37,784 bases of DNA from Flavipsychrobacter stenotrophus (GTDB taxonomy: Bacteria > Bacteroidota > Bacteroidia > Chitinophagales > Chitinophagaceae), in the NCBI GenBank assembly GCA_947379685.1, contig CANCOG010000001.1, forward strand, positions 1 to 37,784. The letters are read 5' to 3'. Below, one piece after another: positions 1 to 9,714 of the stretch (position 1 is the stretch's first letter; each line of letters opens with the position of its first letter). Made by a program: the position numbers and the translations under genes. The notes under the pieces are model-generated. The model was given only the letters and a program-made list of their open reading frames with translations. It was not told the origin of the DNA and made no database searches.

Positions 1-368
1 GCGAAGTAGAATGATTTACGTGTCTCGGTTGACTGATAACGGTATACAAACCAAAACAATACAGTTTGAGTAAGAAAGAACACGATACCAGTTACGATAA
101 GTGTAACAGTAAACATATTGTCATAGTTGACACCATTTTCGCAGGCGGCAACCGGCAACATCAAAGGTTTGAAATACTCGTTGCATTTCCAGATACCATA
201 CAAGCTAACGAGGAAAAATCCTACAAGTAACCAGGCAATTACACGATTGGTTTTAAACTTCACAGTTTCTTCACCCCGCATCACCGAAGCGTACTCACTT
301 GCCTTTCCTATCTGGTAGATGATTACAAAAACCAGGAATATCAATAGTATTGTTATAAATCCCGACAT
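1..368 (-). CDS. coxB: Cytochrome c oxidase subunit II, N-terminal part (runs off the window edge)
   Basis: Translated by hand from ATG at 368: MSGFITILLIFLVFVIIYQIGKASEY...LPVAACENGVNYDNMFTVTLIVTGIVFFLTQTVLFWFVYRYQSTETRKSFYF, open to position 1. Matches the Bacteroidota CoxII N-terminal TM pattern and lies directly after actF. Confidence 0.88.
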   Translation of the reverse strand, partial: MSGFITILLIFLVFVIIYQIGKASEYASVMRGEETVKFKTNRVIAWLLVGFFLVSLYGIWKCNEYFKPLMLPVAACENGVNYDNMFTVTLIVTGIVFFLTQTVLFWFVYRYQSTETRKSFYF

Positions 369-433
369 GGTCGTTCAGCTTATTTTCTAATTAAATTTAT
401 TACTTCTCTTTCCTTATTTAATAGCTATTCGCA

Positions 434-1657
434 CTAGGCGATGTGTACCACTGTTTCTTTCAGCATCAAGTGATTGTTTGGTACCAGAGAAGACTTAGTT
501 AATGTCTTCGAAACCAACAGAATCATTAACCCTGCAAAGCCCATGAATGTACCAATCTCGTACCAGTTGATGTGCCAATGCTCACCTACTGCACCTGGCA
601 TAATCATTTGATAAAAATCCAACCAGTGACCGAAAATGATCAGCATCGCGATAAAGGTTACAGTAAAATAGTTCCTCTTACTTGGGCGGGACATCAATAT
701 GATGAATGGCATTACGAAGTTGATGATAAAGTTCGCGTAGAACACAACGCTGTATGGTCCCTGCTGACGCATTTTGAAATATACAGTTTCATCAGGAATA
801 TTTGCATACCAAATCAACATGTACTGAGCAAACCAGAGGTAAGTCCAGAATACAGTGAACGCGAACATAAACTTAGCAAGGTCATGCATGTGCTCCTTAG
901 TTACCAAACCAAGATTACCCTGATTCTTAAGATATACAACCCAAAGCAGAATCAAAGACATACCGCTTACGAAGGCACTTGCAAAGTTATACCAGCTGAA
1001 CAAAGTAGAATACCAGTGTGCCTGAACGCTCATCACCCACAACCATGGTATAGTGCTCATTTGAGACAAACCATAAACAATGAGGAACAACCCGGATAAC
1101 CTGAATACTTTCCAATAGATCTTAGTGTCGTTATGAGGAGCAGACTCCTGAGCAATAGAAAGCGAACGAAATTTGTTACCGAAAAATCCCCAAAGTGCAA
1201 CTGTTGCCACGGTAAAACCGATGAACATACCTGGATTCAAAAAGGCTTTCTTGCCAAGTAAAATTTTATCGGTACCCGGTGTAACCCAAGGGTAAATAGG
1301 ATTATGACCTGTAGAGTCCCTAAATCCAAAAATAATAGCACAGGTAACAATTGCTGTGATAACACCAAATATCCAGGCGTTTGCGCCAATTGCCTCTGGA
1401 ACCCTGCGGTATGCAGTAAGCCATGCGCCCTGTGCAAGGTTAACAGCCGCCTGAACGAAAATACTTACACCTGTAATAAAGGTAAAGAAAACGCTATTGT
1501 GAAGAAGTACGGCCCAGAAGCGCGATTTGTCGGTATCGGAGCTATCATGCCCCATAAGCAAAATTGCAATACCACATATCAGCGTCAACACACCCACACC
1601 TAACAGCATCATGCCGGTATTTCTTAATCGCGCAGGTATCTCAAAACGGTCATTCAT
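434..1657 (-). CDS. actF: Alternative complex III membrane subunit ActF
   Basis: 407 aa polytopic membrane protein with WVMS..HWYSTLF, HMHDLAKFMFAF..FWTYLWFAQYMLIWYANIPDET and GHWLD motifs; last act gene before coxB. Confidence 0.93.
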   Translation of the reverse strand: MNDRFEIPARLRNTGMMLLGVGVLTLICGIAILLMGHDSSDTDKSRFWAVLLHNSVFFTFITGVSIFVQAAVNLAQGAWLTAYRRVPEAIGANAWIFGVITAIVTCAIIFGFRDSTGHNPIYPWVTPGTDKILLGKKAFLNPGMFIGFTVATVALWGFFGNKFRSLSIAQESAPHNDTKIYWKVFRLSGLFLIVYGLSQMSTIPWLWVMSVQAHWYSTLFSWYNFASAFVSGMSLILLWVVYLKNQGNLGLVTKEHMHDLAKFMFAFTVFWTYLWFAQYMLIWYANIPDETVYFKMRQQGPYSVVFYANFIINFVMPFIILMSRPSKRNYFTVTFIAMLIIFGHWLDFYQMIMPGAVGEHWHINWYEIGTFMGFAGLMILLVSKTLTKSSLVPNNHLMLKETVVHIA

Positions 1658-1693
1658 TGTATGCTACTTTTATTAAAAACGATTGAATATTGT

Positions 1694-2371
1694 TTACTTA
1701 ACTTTATTTGCGGCAAGCTTCTTTTCTTCTGGTTTAGCCTCTGCCTTCGCAGCTGTTGAATCAGCCTTAGGAGTCGCAGCAGCTTCACCAAATGCAAAGG
1801 CATCACCGCCATTTTCTGCCTGAACTTTCTTAATATAGGCAATAACCATCCAACGCTGAGCCTGATCCAACTGACTAGCATATGAACCCATCATATTCTT
1901 ACCATACTTGATAGCGGCGTACATCTGCCCAACTGGCATATGCAGGTACTTACCATCTTTGAAATTTGCTGGCATTGCTGCAAACTTTCCACTGGCATAA
2001 AGAGGTCCGTTACCGTCGAGGTTTGTACCATGACAGATACCACAATAAATGTTGAATAACCTACCACCTTCCTTCATTTGATCCGCATCAAAACGCATGG
2101 CCGTAGTCATAGTCTTGTACGCAGTACTATCTCCTTCCATAAGATGATCAGGCATTGCATGATCTCTTGCAATAGTACCAGTAACAGGGAGCCTGTTAGT
2201 TTGGCTATCGCTAAAGTTAGGATTAGAAGTATATGATTCGTAGGCACGGGAATAAGCCATATCAGGCGTATAGACGTGACCCGGCGTGCGGCGCATATTG
2301 CCGGAGTCGCACGAAGCCAATCCGAGGGTTAACCCAAGGCCCGCTACTACTATACTTTTAATTTTATTCAT
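1694..2371 (-). CDS. actE: Alternative complex III monoheme cytochrome c lipoprotein ActE
   Basis: Lipobox LASC, YTPDMAYSRAYE motif, a single CGICH heme motif and MGSYASQL. ATG at 2371 preferred over the TTG at 2377. Confidence 0.92.
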   Translation of the reverse strand: MNKIKSIVVAGLGLTLGLASCDSGNMRRTPGHVYTPDMAYSRAYESYTSNPNFSDSQTNRLPVTGTIARDHAMPDHLMEGDSTAYKTMTTAMRFDADQMKEGGRLFNIYCGICHGTNLDGNGPLYASGKFAAMPANFKDGKYLHMPVGQMYAAIKYGKNMMGSYASQLDQAQRWMVIAYIKKVQAENGGDAFAFGEAAATPKADSTAAKAEAKPEEKKLAANKVK

Positions 2372-2478
2372 ATCCAAAGTAAAAATTCAAGAGTCAAACT
2401 TAATAAGCAAAATCCTAAACGATTTGTATGGTGTTTTGCGATAAACAACGCGCCCCACCAGTTGAAGAACCTGAGCGA

Positions 2479-3057
2479 CTAGGCGTTCAGTGCCTCGTAT
2501 TCTTCCTTCTTGTCCCATCTTCCGTACCACCAGCTAGCCTCTGCTTTCTGAATGGACGTTTCTTTAGCACCTGTAGACTGAAGGAACTTAATTACTTCCT
2601 GCTCTGATACGTGGTCATTCAACTCAAGAGCAACGACAAACATATCATCGCTCTGGCGTGGATGGAACACATGTTTCTTAACGCCTGGCATAATTTGGTT
2701 CAGGTAACAAAAAGTAAGTACCATCCCAACTGCTGCAAAGAGTACAGTTAATTCGAAAGTAACCGGAATCCATGCTGGTAATGCAAAATGGGGTTTACCA
2801 CCATAATTCTGTAACCAATCGGAGCAATAGATCCATGAAATGAAACCGACTGCAGTAGACGTACCACACATACCATAAATAAAACCGGCAATGTGAAGGT
2901 CAGTATCCTTATGGCCCATAGCCACATCGAGACCGTGAACAGCAAAGGGAGTATAAATGTCGTGTAACTTATAACCGCTGTGACGTACTTTACTGACTGC
3001 AGGAAACAAAACTGCTTCATCATCGTAAGCCGCTACCGCAAATTTCTTTATAGCCAT
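2479..3057 (-). CDS. actD: Alternative complex III subunit ActD (DUF3341)
   Basis: YTPFAVHGLD and GGKP..ALPAWIPVTFELTVLFAA motifs, two TM helices, located between actC and actE. Confidence 0.93.
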   Translation of the reverse strand: MAIKKFAVAAYDDEAVLFPAVSKVRHSGYKLHDIYTPFAVHGLDVAMGHKDTDLHIAGFIYGMCGTSTAVGFISWIYCSDWLQNYGGKPHFALPAWIPVTFELTVLFAAVGMVLTFCYLNQIMPGVKKHVFHPRQSDDMFVVALELNDHVSEQEVIKFLQSTGAKETSIQKAEASWWYGRWDKKEEYEALNA

Positions 3058-3117
3058 TATTAAAAATTAAAAACTAAACTTAAAAATTAAAAGCTCAACC
3101 TTCTAAACTACAGGCGA

Positions 3118-4584
3118 TTAATGATGAGCAACTGCTGCATGTTCGTCTTCGTGGTGATGACTGTTAACCAATTCAACGAACGCTTCTCCAGTTTTTTCCT
3201 CAAGTGGAGCCATCGCTCTCTTGTAGTTGTCCCCAGATGTTTTCAGTACAAACTTAATTTCCGCAACAGCGATAACCGGGAAGTACTTTGCAAACAGGAA
3301 GTAGCAGGTAAAGAACAAACCAAACGTACCGAGATAGAAACCAACTTCAGGCCATGTTGGGCTGTAATATGCCCAGCTGCCAGGTACCCAGTCGCGGTAA
3401 GTAGAAGTAACAATGATAACGAAACGCTCGAACCACATACCAATGTTCACAACTATAGACATTACAAAAGTAAATGGAATGTTACGGCGAAGTTTCTTAA
3501 CCCAGAACAACTGAGGGGAAACCACGTTGCAGGTCATCATTGCCCAATAGCTCCACCAGTATGGTCCGAGGATACGCCATTGGAATGCTGCCATCTCTCC
3601 CCAGCTTTGACTGTACCAGGATATGAAGAGCTCAGTGAGGTATGCGATACCTACGATCGATCCCGTCAATACGATAACCTTATTCATTGCCTCAAGGTGA
3701 CCAATAGTGATGTACTCCTCAAGGTGAAGAATTTTCCTTGTAATAACCAGCAGTGTATTCACCATTGCAAATCCGGAGAATACCGCACCAGCTACGAAGT
3801 AAGGAGGGAAGATCGTTGTGTGCCAACCTGGAATTACAGAAGTGGCGAAGTCAAAAGATACGATTGTGTGTACTGAAAGTACAAGAGGAGTAGAAAGACC
3901 AGCCAATACTAAGGACAAAGCCTCATGACGCTGCCAGTTCTTTGCTGTTCCAGTCCATCCGAATGATGTTAAACCATACATCATCTTGCGGAAATTGGTT
4001 TTTGCCCTGTCACGGATAAGTGCGAAGTCAGGAATAAGACCAGAATACCAGAATAACAATGATACCGTGAAGTAAGTAGAGATCGCAAATACGTCCCAAA
4101 GAAGCGGAGAGTCAAAGTTAGGCCAAAGTGGTCCGCGAGAGTTAGGTAAAGGTAAAACCCACATCGCATCCCATACACGTCCCATGTGCCAGATCGGGAA
4201 CTGCCCCGCACACATTACGGCAAAAATGGTCATCGCTTCAGCTGCACGGTTTACACCCGTTCTCCAACCCTGCCTGAATAGCAGCAAGATAGCGGAGATA
4301 AGCGTACCGGCGTGACCAATACCTACCCACCATACGAAGTTGGTGATATCCCAACCCCAGCCGATGGTACGGTTAACCCCCCAGGTACCCAAACCCCAAT
4401 AAACTGACCAGCTTACCGAGAAGATCCCAAAGGCCAAAAGGCACAACGCAAAGAAAAAGCCAACATACCACATGCGCCCCGGCTTGCGCTCAATAGGGGA
4501 TATGATATCCTCAGACACCTGGTGGTAATCTTTGTTCCCATCAACAAGCGGTTCTCTTACAAACGATTCGTACTTAATATGCAT
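3118..4584 (-). CDS. actC: Alternative complex III quinol-binding subunit ActC (NrfD/PsrC family)
   Basis: WGWDITNFVWWVGIGHAGTLISAIL, NRAAEAMT, SPLLWDVFAISTY, GWHTTIFPPYFVAGA and GMWFERFVII motifs. Confidence 0.96.
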   Translation of the reverse strand: MHIKYESFVREPLVDGNKDYHQVSEDIISPIERKPGRMWYVGFFFALCLLAFGIFSVSWSVYWGLGTWGVNRTIGWGWDITNFVWWVGIGHAGTLISAILLLFRQGWRTGVNRAAEAMTIFAVMCAGQFPIWHMGRVWDAMWVLPLPNSRGPLWPNFDSPLLWDVFAISTYFTVSLLFWYSGLIPDFALIRDRAKTNFRKMMYGLTSFGWTGTAKNWQRHEALSLVLAGLSTPLVLSVHTIVSFDFATSVIPGWHTTIFPPYFVAGAVFSGFAMVNTLLVITRKILHLEEYITIGHLEAMNKVIVLTGSIVGIAYLTELFISWYSQSWGEMAAFQWRILGPYWWSYWAMMTCNVVSPQLFWVKKLRRNIPFTFVMSIVVNIGMWFERFVIIVTSTYRDWVPGSWAYYSPTWPEVGFYLGTFGLFFTCYFLFAKYFPVIAVAEIKFVLKTSGDNYKRAMAPLEEKTGEAFVELVNSHHHEDEHAAVAHH

Positions 4585-4716
4585 AGCACGTAATTAGTAT
4601 TTTTAGTAGTGAAGCAATAAGTGAAAAATACACCCTCACCTCTTTTGTAATCTATATAAACTTAAAATCAACTTCAATATTCACTGGTCATTATTCAGTA
4701 AAGGCTTTACCCGATA

Positions 4717-7700
4717 CTAGATATGATCATTATAGAAACCATCATTCTTTTCGTCCTTCGCATTCATCAATTCAGTGTTACGAATCTTCGCCAGGTAATT
4801 TACGTTAGGCAAAGTGTGAATGTGCTCAAGTACGTAGAAAGTACGTTCTGCTTGTTCTTCGCGACGCAACTTATGAATATTACTTGTCTTGTCGTTAACA
4901 TTGCCGAACATAATTGCATCTGAAGGGCAAGCTTGCTGACAAGCTGTACGAGCAGCGCCATCTTTCATTGGGTGACCAGCTTTCTTAGAAGAAAGTTTGG
5001 CTTCCTGTAACCTCTGAACGCAGAATGTACATTTTTCCATTACACCTCGGCTACGAACCGTAACATCAGGATTCAATACCATGCGGGTAAGATCATCATT
5101 GATATCATCGCGACGGTAGTCTTCATAAATGTTATCAGCAAAACAATCTGCACCATTCCAATCCATCCAGTTGAAGTGACGTACTTTATAAGGGCAGTTA
5201 TTCGCACAATATTTAGTGCCGATACAACGGTTGTAAGCCATTTGGTTCAAACCTTCACTGCTATGGTTGGTGGCAGATACCGGACAAACGTTTTCGCAAG
5301 GCGCGTTGTCACAATGCTGACAAAGCATTGGCTGGAAAATGGTCTGTATTGAATCAGAATCATCAGGTGTTCCGCTGAAATACCTGTCGATACGTATCCA
5401 GTGCATTTCATGATTTTTCAGAACATGCTCCTTACCAACTACCGAAACGTTGTTTTCAGCCTGGCAGCCTATAACGCAGGCGCCGCAACCAGTACAACTA
5501 TTTAAGTCTATTGAAAGACCCCATTTAATGCCATTGTATTCGTAGTTAGGATACAAGGTACCGTTTTCACGATAGCCTTCTTCCATTTTGGCATCAGCAA
5601 TTTTTTCTTCTTTGGACTCCTTACCTTCTTCTACAAGTGGCGCTTCTGCGAATTCACCTACTTCTGCAAAACGCTCCTTCATGAGCACCTTCGGATCTTT
5701 TGTAAACTCCTCAAGTGTGAACTCATGTACTACAGGGCGATGCTCGTAGCTAAGGTGGGTCTGCGTAATCGCGATATCATATTTATCGGCCGTTGCAGTA
5801 TAAGTTGCAGCTACAAACGATTCAATGTTTACGCCATTGTAAGTTGTAAAAGGATAAGCATTCCTGCCTCCTAAACCTGTTGCGTTATCACTTGCCGCAG
5901 CACGGCCCACGCTTTCAACGCGACCATAACCCACTGCAACTGCAATAACATCATTATGCATACCCGGTACTACAACAATTGGCAGATTGGCGGTATATCC
6001 ATTAGCGCCTTTAACTGTAATAACGAGCTTTTTAGAATCAACTTCGTTGCGACCGTCCAACTCAGCATGCAGTGATTTAGCCATCTTTGGCGAAACACAT
6101 GCGTAGTTATCCCAGGTTGCTTTGGTAATCGGATCTGGCATTTCCTGTAACCATGGGTTGTTACTCCATGGACCGCCATAACCGATTGATACTTTCTGAT
6201 AAACTAATACTTCTGTACCGGTGCTTGCCTTTTTCCCCTGAATTTTCGCGATTGCATCGTTTACATTACCTGCAAAAGTAGCACCGCCCACAGCAACTTC
6301 ACCTGCTGGCTCAATAACGCCATCCTGTAAAGCCTTTTCGAAATTAGCCTGACCGCCTAGTTTATTTGTCCAGTATTGTTTCCAGAAATCAGCGTAGTTA
6401 GTGGTAGAACCCATCCAAACCATCAATGAATCCTGGAAAGAACGAGTCTTGAACAATGGTGCGATACCTGGCTGCATCAAACTGAAGTAGTTTGACCTTG
6501 GTTCTGCATCACCCCAGCTTTCGAGGTAGTTGTGATCAGGAACCAGATATTTACATTTCTGTGCAGTTTCATCCATACGCTCACCGAAGTAAACAGACAA
6601 TGGAACTTTAGAAAGTGCATCAGTAAATTTCTTTGTGTCGAAATAGTCATACACCGGGTTTACACCGTGCATGAACAATGAACCAACCTGTCCTGAAGCC
6701 ATAGCCTCAGTAAGCGCTACCATTTCGCTGTCAATACCCTGCCTGTAATTGCTGGTAGTTGTCCAGTTAACTGTAGTGCCGTTAGCACCTACTTTATCGT
6801 TAATTGCGTTAATTAAGATTTGTGTGTTAACGTCGTTTGTACCGCAAACGACCATACCACCACCCTTCTTAAGATCAGCAGCGGCTTTACTAACGAGTTC
6901 ACTCAACTTAGCAGAAAGTCCTGAAACCTTTGCTCCGCCGGTAACTTCATTGTATAAAGCAATTGCAACAAGACCCATTTCCGATGGACGGCATGTAGCC
7001 CTGTGGTCGGCCGCCGCACCAGTAATAGTGTGGTTGCTTTCAACCTGGTAGTGACGGGAAAGTTTCAGATTCTTAGCACTGATCCTGCGTCCTTTTGAAT
7101 ACCCTTTGGCGAATTCAACAGGAGACAACCATGTACCTAAGAAGTCCGCACCAAGACTAACAATAGTCTGTGCTTTTTCGAAATGATATGTTGGAAGAGT
7201 TTTCTTACCGTAACAAGCTTCGTTAGCCTGTAGCATTCCTGAATAAGAAACCGCATCATAAACGACGTGTTTCACATTAGGGAACTTGGTCAGAAACTGA
7301 GCAATAACGTCTTTGGTAGAAGGGCTGAGAATAGAACCAGTAAGCAAGTAACCTGGCTTAGCAGCAATTCCTTCCTTAATTACGCGATCAATAGCCTCGA
7401 ATGTTGCTTCCTGGCATTCAACTTTCTTATCTTTTGCAACAGGAGAACCAGGGAAACGAAGGCGGGCCTTATCATACATGTTCAGAACTGAAGCCTGAAC
7501 CCTTGCAGATGTACCACCCCTTGTAATTGAGGACATTTCATTGCCTTCAACTTTAATAGGGCGACCGTCACGTGTTTTGATAATAACAGCACAGTAATCG
7601 CCACCATCAACAAATGTAGATGCATAGTAATTAGCTACACCCGGTACAATATCCTCAGGCTTAATTGCATAAGGTATTGCTTTACGGACAGGCATTTCGC

Positions 7701-7896
7701 AACTTGATACCACAGTGGCAGCAAGCGTGCTGAAACCCAGGAACTTTAAAAAGTCGCGACGGGGAGTGGAAGCTCCAAGAAGGGTACCGCTCAAATCGAA
7801 CGGAAGATCTTCCTTGAACTCATTTTCCAAAACTTCCTGGTTAGCAGCAGGATTATTCAACTGTTCCAGATCCGTCCAATATTGCTTTTGAGACAT
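4717..7896 (-). CDS. actB: Alternative complex III subunit ActB (molybdopterin-oxidoreductase-like domain plus Fe-S domain)
   Basis: Twin-arginine motif TPRRDFLK followed by lipobox-like VSSC; REGRP-like RDGRPIKVEGN; C-terminal Fe-S motifs CTGCGACVIGC, CQHCDNAPCENVCP, CIGTKYCANNCP and EKCTFC..ACQQACP. Confidence 0.96.
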   Translation of the reverse strand: MSQKQYWTDLEQLNNPAANQEVLENEFKEDLPFDLSGTLLGASTPRRDFLKFLGFSTLAATVVSSCEMPVRKAIPYAIKPEDIVPGVANYYASTFVDGGDYCAVIIKTRDGRPIKVEGNEMSSITRGGTSARVQASVLNMYDKARLRFPGSPVAKDKKVECQEATFEAIDRVIKEGIAAKPGYLLTGSILSPSTKDVIAQFLTKFPNVKHVVYDAVSYSGMLQANEACYGKKTLPTYHFEKAQTIVSLGADFLGTWLSPVEFAKGYSKGRRISAKNLKLSRHYQVESNHTITGAAADHRATCRPSEMGLVAIALYNEVTGGAKVSGLSAKLSELVSKAAADLKKGGGMVVCGTNDVNTQILINAINDKVGANGTTVNWTTTSNYRQGIDSEMVALTEAMASGQVGSLFMHGVNPVYDYFDTKKFTDALSKVPLSVYFGERMDETAQKCKYLVPDHNYLESWGDAEPRSNYFSLMQPGIAPLFKTRSFQDSLMVWMGSTTNYADFWKQYWTNKLGGQANFEKALQDGVIEPAGEVAVGGATFAGNVNDAIAKIQGKKASTGTEVLVYQKVSIGYGGPWSNNPWLQEMPDPITKATWDNYACVSPKMAKSLHAELDGRNEVDSKKLVITVKGANGYTANLPIVVVPGMHNDVIAVAVGYGRVESVGRAAASDNATGLGGRNAYPFTTYNGVNIESFVAATYTATADKYDIAITQTHLSYEHRPVVHEFTLEEFTKDPKVLMKERFAEVGEFAEAPLVEEGKESKEEKIADAKMEEGYRENGTLYPNYEYNGIKWGLSIDLNSCTGCGACVIGCQAENNVSVVGKEHVLKNHEMHWIRIDRYFSGTPDDSDSIQTIFQPMLCQHCDNAPCENVCPVSATNHSSEGLNQMAYNRCIGTKYCANNCPYKVRHFNWMDWNGADCFADNIYEDYRRDDINDDLTRMVLNPDVTVRSRGVMEKCTFCVQRLQEAKLSSKKAGHPMKDGAARTACQQACPSDAIMFGNVNDKTSNIHKLRREEQAERTFYVLEHIHTLPNVNYLAKIRNTELMNAKDEKNDGFYNDHI

Positions 7897-7901
7897 ATAT
7901 T

Positions 7902-7960
7902 AATTCAAAATTCAAAATTCAAAATAGTCAGTCTAAAGTCTAAAGTAGAAAGTAGAAAGC
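7902..7960. repeat. Heptamer tandem repeats in the actA-actB spacer
   Basis: (AATTCAA)x3 at 7902-7922, then AGTCTAA x2 and AGTAGAA x2 at 7930-7957. Confidence 0.75.
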
Positions 7961-8043
7961 TGTACCTATAACTTATAAAACTAATTACTAAAGCTGTTTC
8001 ATTCTAAAAGTATCAAGCGAGGCTTTTTACTTTTTATTTTTTC

Positions 8044-9336
8044 TTAGTAGTGGCATTTCTGACACTCAGTACCACCCAGTTCATCAACGGTTACACCTGT
8101 ACGTTTGCCAGATTTAATTTCGTCGTGGTATTTCTGGAAGATATCGTAGTACTTGTTGTCGAATTGTACCTGAGTCTGACGGTGACAGTTGATACACCAT
8201 CCCATTGACAATGGAGCGAACTGGTAAACTTCATCCATTTCAGTGATCTGGCCGTGGCAACGCTGACACTGTACCTTACCCACCTTAACGTGTTGAGAGT
8301 GATTGAAATAAACGTGATCAGGCAAGTTGTGGATCTTTACCCACTGTATTGGTGTTGCCTTAATGTTTCCTTTCTCGTCAGTGATATATTTCTTAGCGGC
8401 TGCATCCCAACCAGCATATTTATACAACATCTTGATCTGCTCGGTACCGTTGATTGTCTTTCCTTCAGCTGTTACAAGCGGATGATCCTTTTCGCCTGTA
8501 TACTCACCAATTTGTTTGTGGCAGTTCATACATACGTTTGTAGAAGGTATCATTGCCTGCTTGCTCTTTTCAGCACCAGCATGGCAATACAGACAGTTGA
8601 TCTGGTTGATGCCTGCGTGCACCTTATGAGAGTAGAACAAAGGTTGCAGTGGCTCGTAGTTCTGCTGGCGGCCTTCGTTGATGGCACCATTTACTAACCA
8701 GTAACCTGACATGATAAATACTACAATTGCAACGATAGCAATAACAACTTTATTTCTGTATAAAGGAATTTCCTTTTCGTTAGGAATACCTGACTTTTCA
8801 TTTGCAGACCGCATGAGCGCCTGATTGGCACGCCACAGAATAACAACCAATACCAATAGAGACAATGTGATAATGGTATACAGGAAGCCGTTGCTTTCAG
8901 CTGGCTGGCCTTCGGTACCAGGTTCTTTTGCCGCAGCGACTGGTGCTTTAAAATCATCAACATATTTCAGGATGGCATCGATCTCCTCGTTTTTCAACTG
9001 AGGGAAAGCTGTCATCGCAGCTTTGTTAAATTTGTTGTAGATATCTACAGCGGTCTTATCACCACTGGCAATAACTGCTGCAGAGTTGTGCACCCAGTTA
9101 TAACCCCATTCCTTGCTCGGGAATGTCTTGTCGATATTCTGGAGGGCCGGCCCTGTCGCATCCTTTAACGGATTGTGACAGGAGGCACAATTGGACTGGA
9201 AAAGCGCCTTGCCGTCCGGAGCGGCTATAGCTGAATTATTAATCAGTAGCAAAGCAAAGATAACTGCGAACGCACTCCGGGAGCATATACGAAACAGTTG
9301 CAATATTGATTCTGGCACGAGTATGATTTTGAACAT
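8044..9336 (-). CDS. actA: Alternative complex III multiheme cytochrome c ActA (N-terminal monoheme domain plus pentaheme domain)
   Basis: Six CxxCH motifs: CASCH, then two TM helices, then CLYCH, CMNCH, CQRCH, CINCH and CQKCH. The exact start is uncertain. Confidence 0.94.
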   Translation of the reverse strand: MFKIILVPESILQLFRICSRSAFAVIFALLLINNSAIAAPDGKALFQSNCASCHNPLKDATGPALQNIDKTFPSKEWGYNWVHNSAAVIASGDKTAVDIYNKFNKAAMTAFPQLKNEEIDAILKYVDDFKAPVAAAKEPGTEGQPAESNGFLYTIITLSLLVLVVILWRANQALMRSANEKSGIPNEKEIPLYRNKVVIAIVAIVVFIMSGYWLVNGAINEGRQQNYEPLQPLFYSHKVHAGINQINCLYCHAGAEKSKQAMIPSTNVCMNCHKQIGEYTGEKDHPLVTAEGKTINGTEQIKMLYKYAGWDAAAKKYITDEKGNIKATPIQWVKIHNLPDHVYFNHSQHVKVGKVQCQRCHGQITEMDEVYQFAPLSMGWCINCHRQTQVQFDNKYYDIFQKYHDEIKSGKRTGVTVDELGGTECQKCHY

Positions 9337-9364
9337 TAACTTTCCTTTATATAAAAAGCGAGGG

Positions 9365-9372
9365 CAAAACTA
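9365..9372 (-). promoter_or_regulatory. Bacteroidota -7 promoter element of the act-cox operon
   Basis: TAGTTTTG on the minus strand matches TAnnTTTG, 28 nt upstream of the actA ATG. Confidence 0.65.
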
Positions 9373-9714
9373 CAACACAATGCTGAAACTTAAAACACAT
9401 TTCTGAAAAAAGTTTTCTCAGTACTGGCGCGGGTTTCAGATGATTGTTAAGAATATTTTTTTTGTAAATGTCACAATTTTGTCACCGAAAAACCTCAATT
9501 GGCCCGCATTCTGCAAGAGTTGGGGCAGGTTTGCCCCGAAAAATTGGGAACTCCCTGGCAATGCTGAAATTACTGCCCAATTCGCAGGAAATAGCACATT
9601 TTTAGACCCAAAAAGCAAATTATCATTCACATTTAACTTTAATTGCATAATTTAATTCACAAAATAAACATCTCTGCATAAAAACTACTGGAGGCGAGTG
9701 TACATGCATGGAGG

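Noticed and set aside
127-8963. Antisense and alternate-frame ORFs over the act-cox genes (e.g. 572-1099, 3121-3876, 8254-8697)
   Set aside because: They lie wholly within strongly supported genes and have no recognisable motifs; these are shadow ORFs.
9462-9476. TTGTAAATGTCACAA as a Rex or Crp/Fnr operator
   Set aside because: The half-site spacing is too short for either consensus and the region is AT-rich; not supportable without comparative data.
9436-9655. Two overlapping ~70-aa ORFs on opposite strands in the actA upstream gap
   Set aside because: No motifs and no clear initiation context; more plausibly non-coding.
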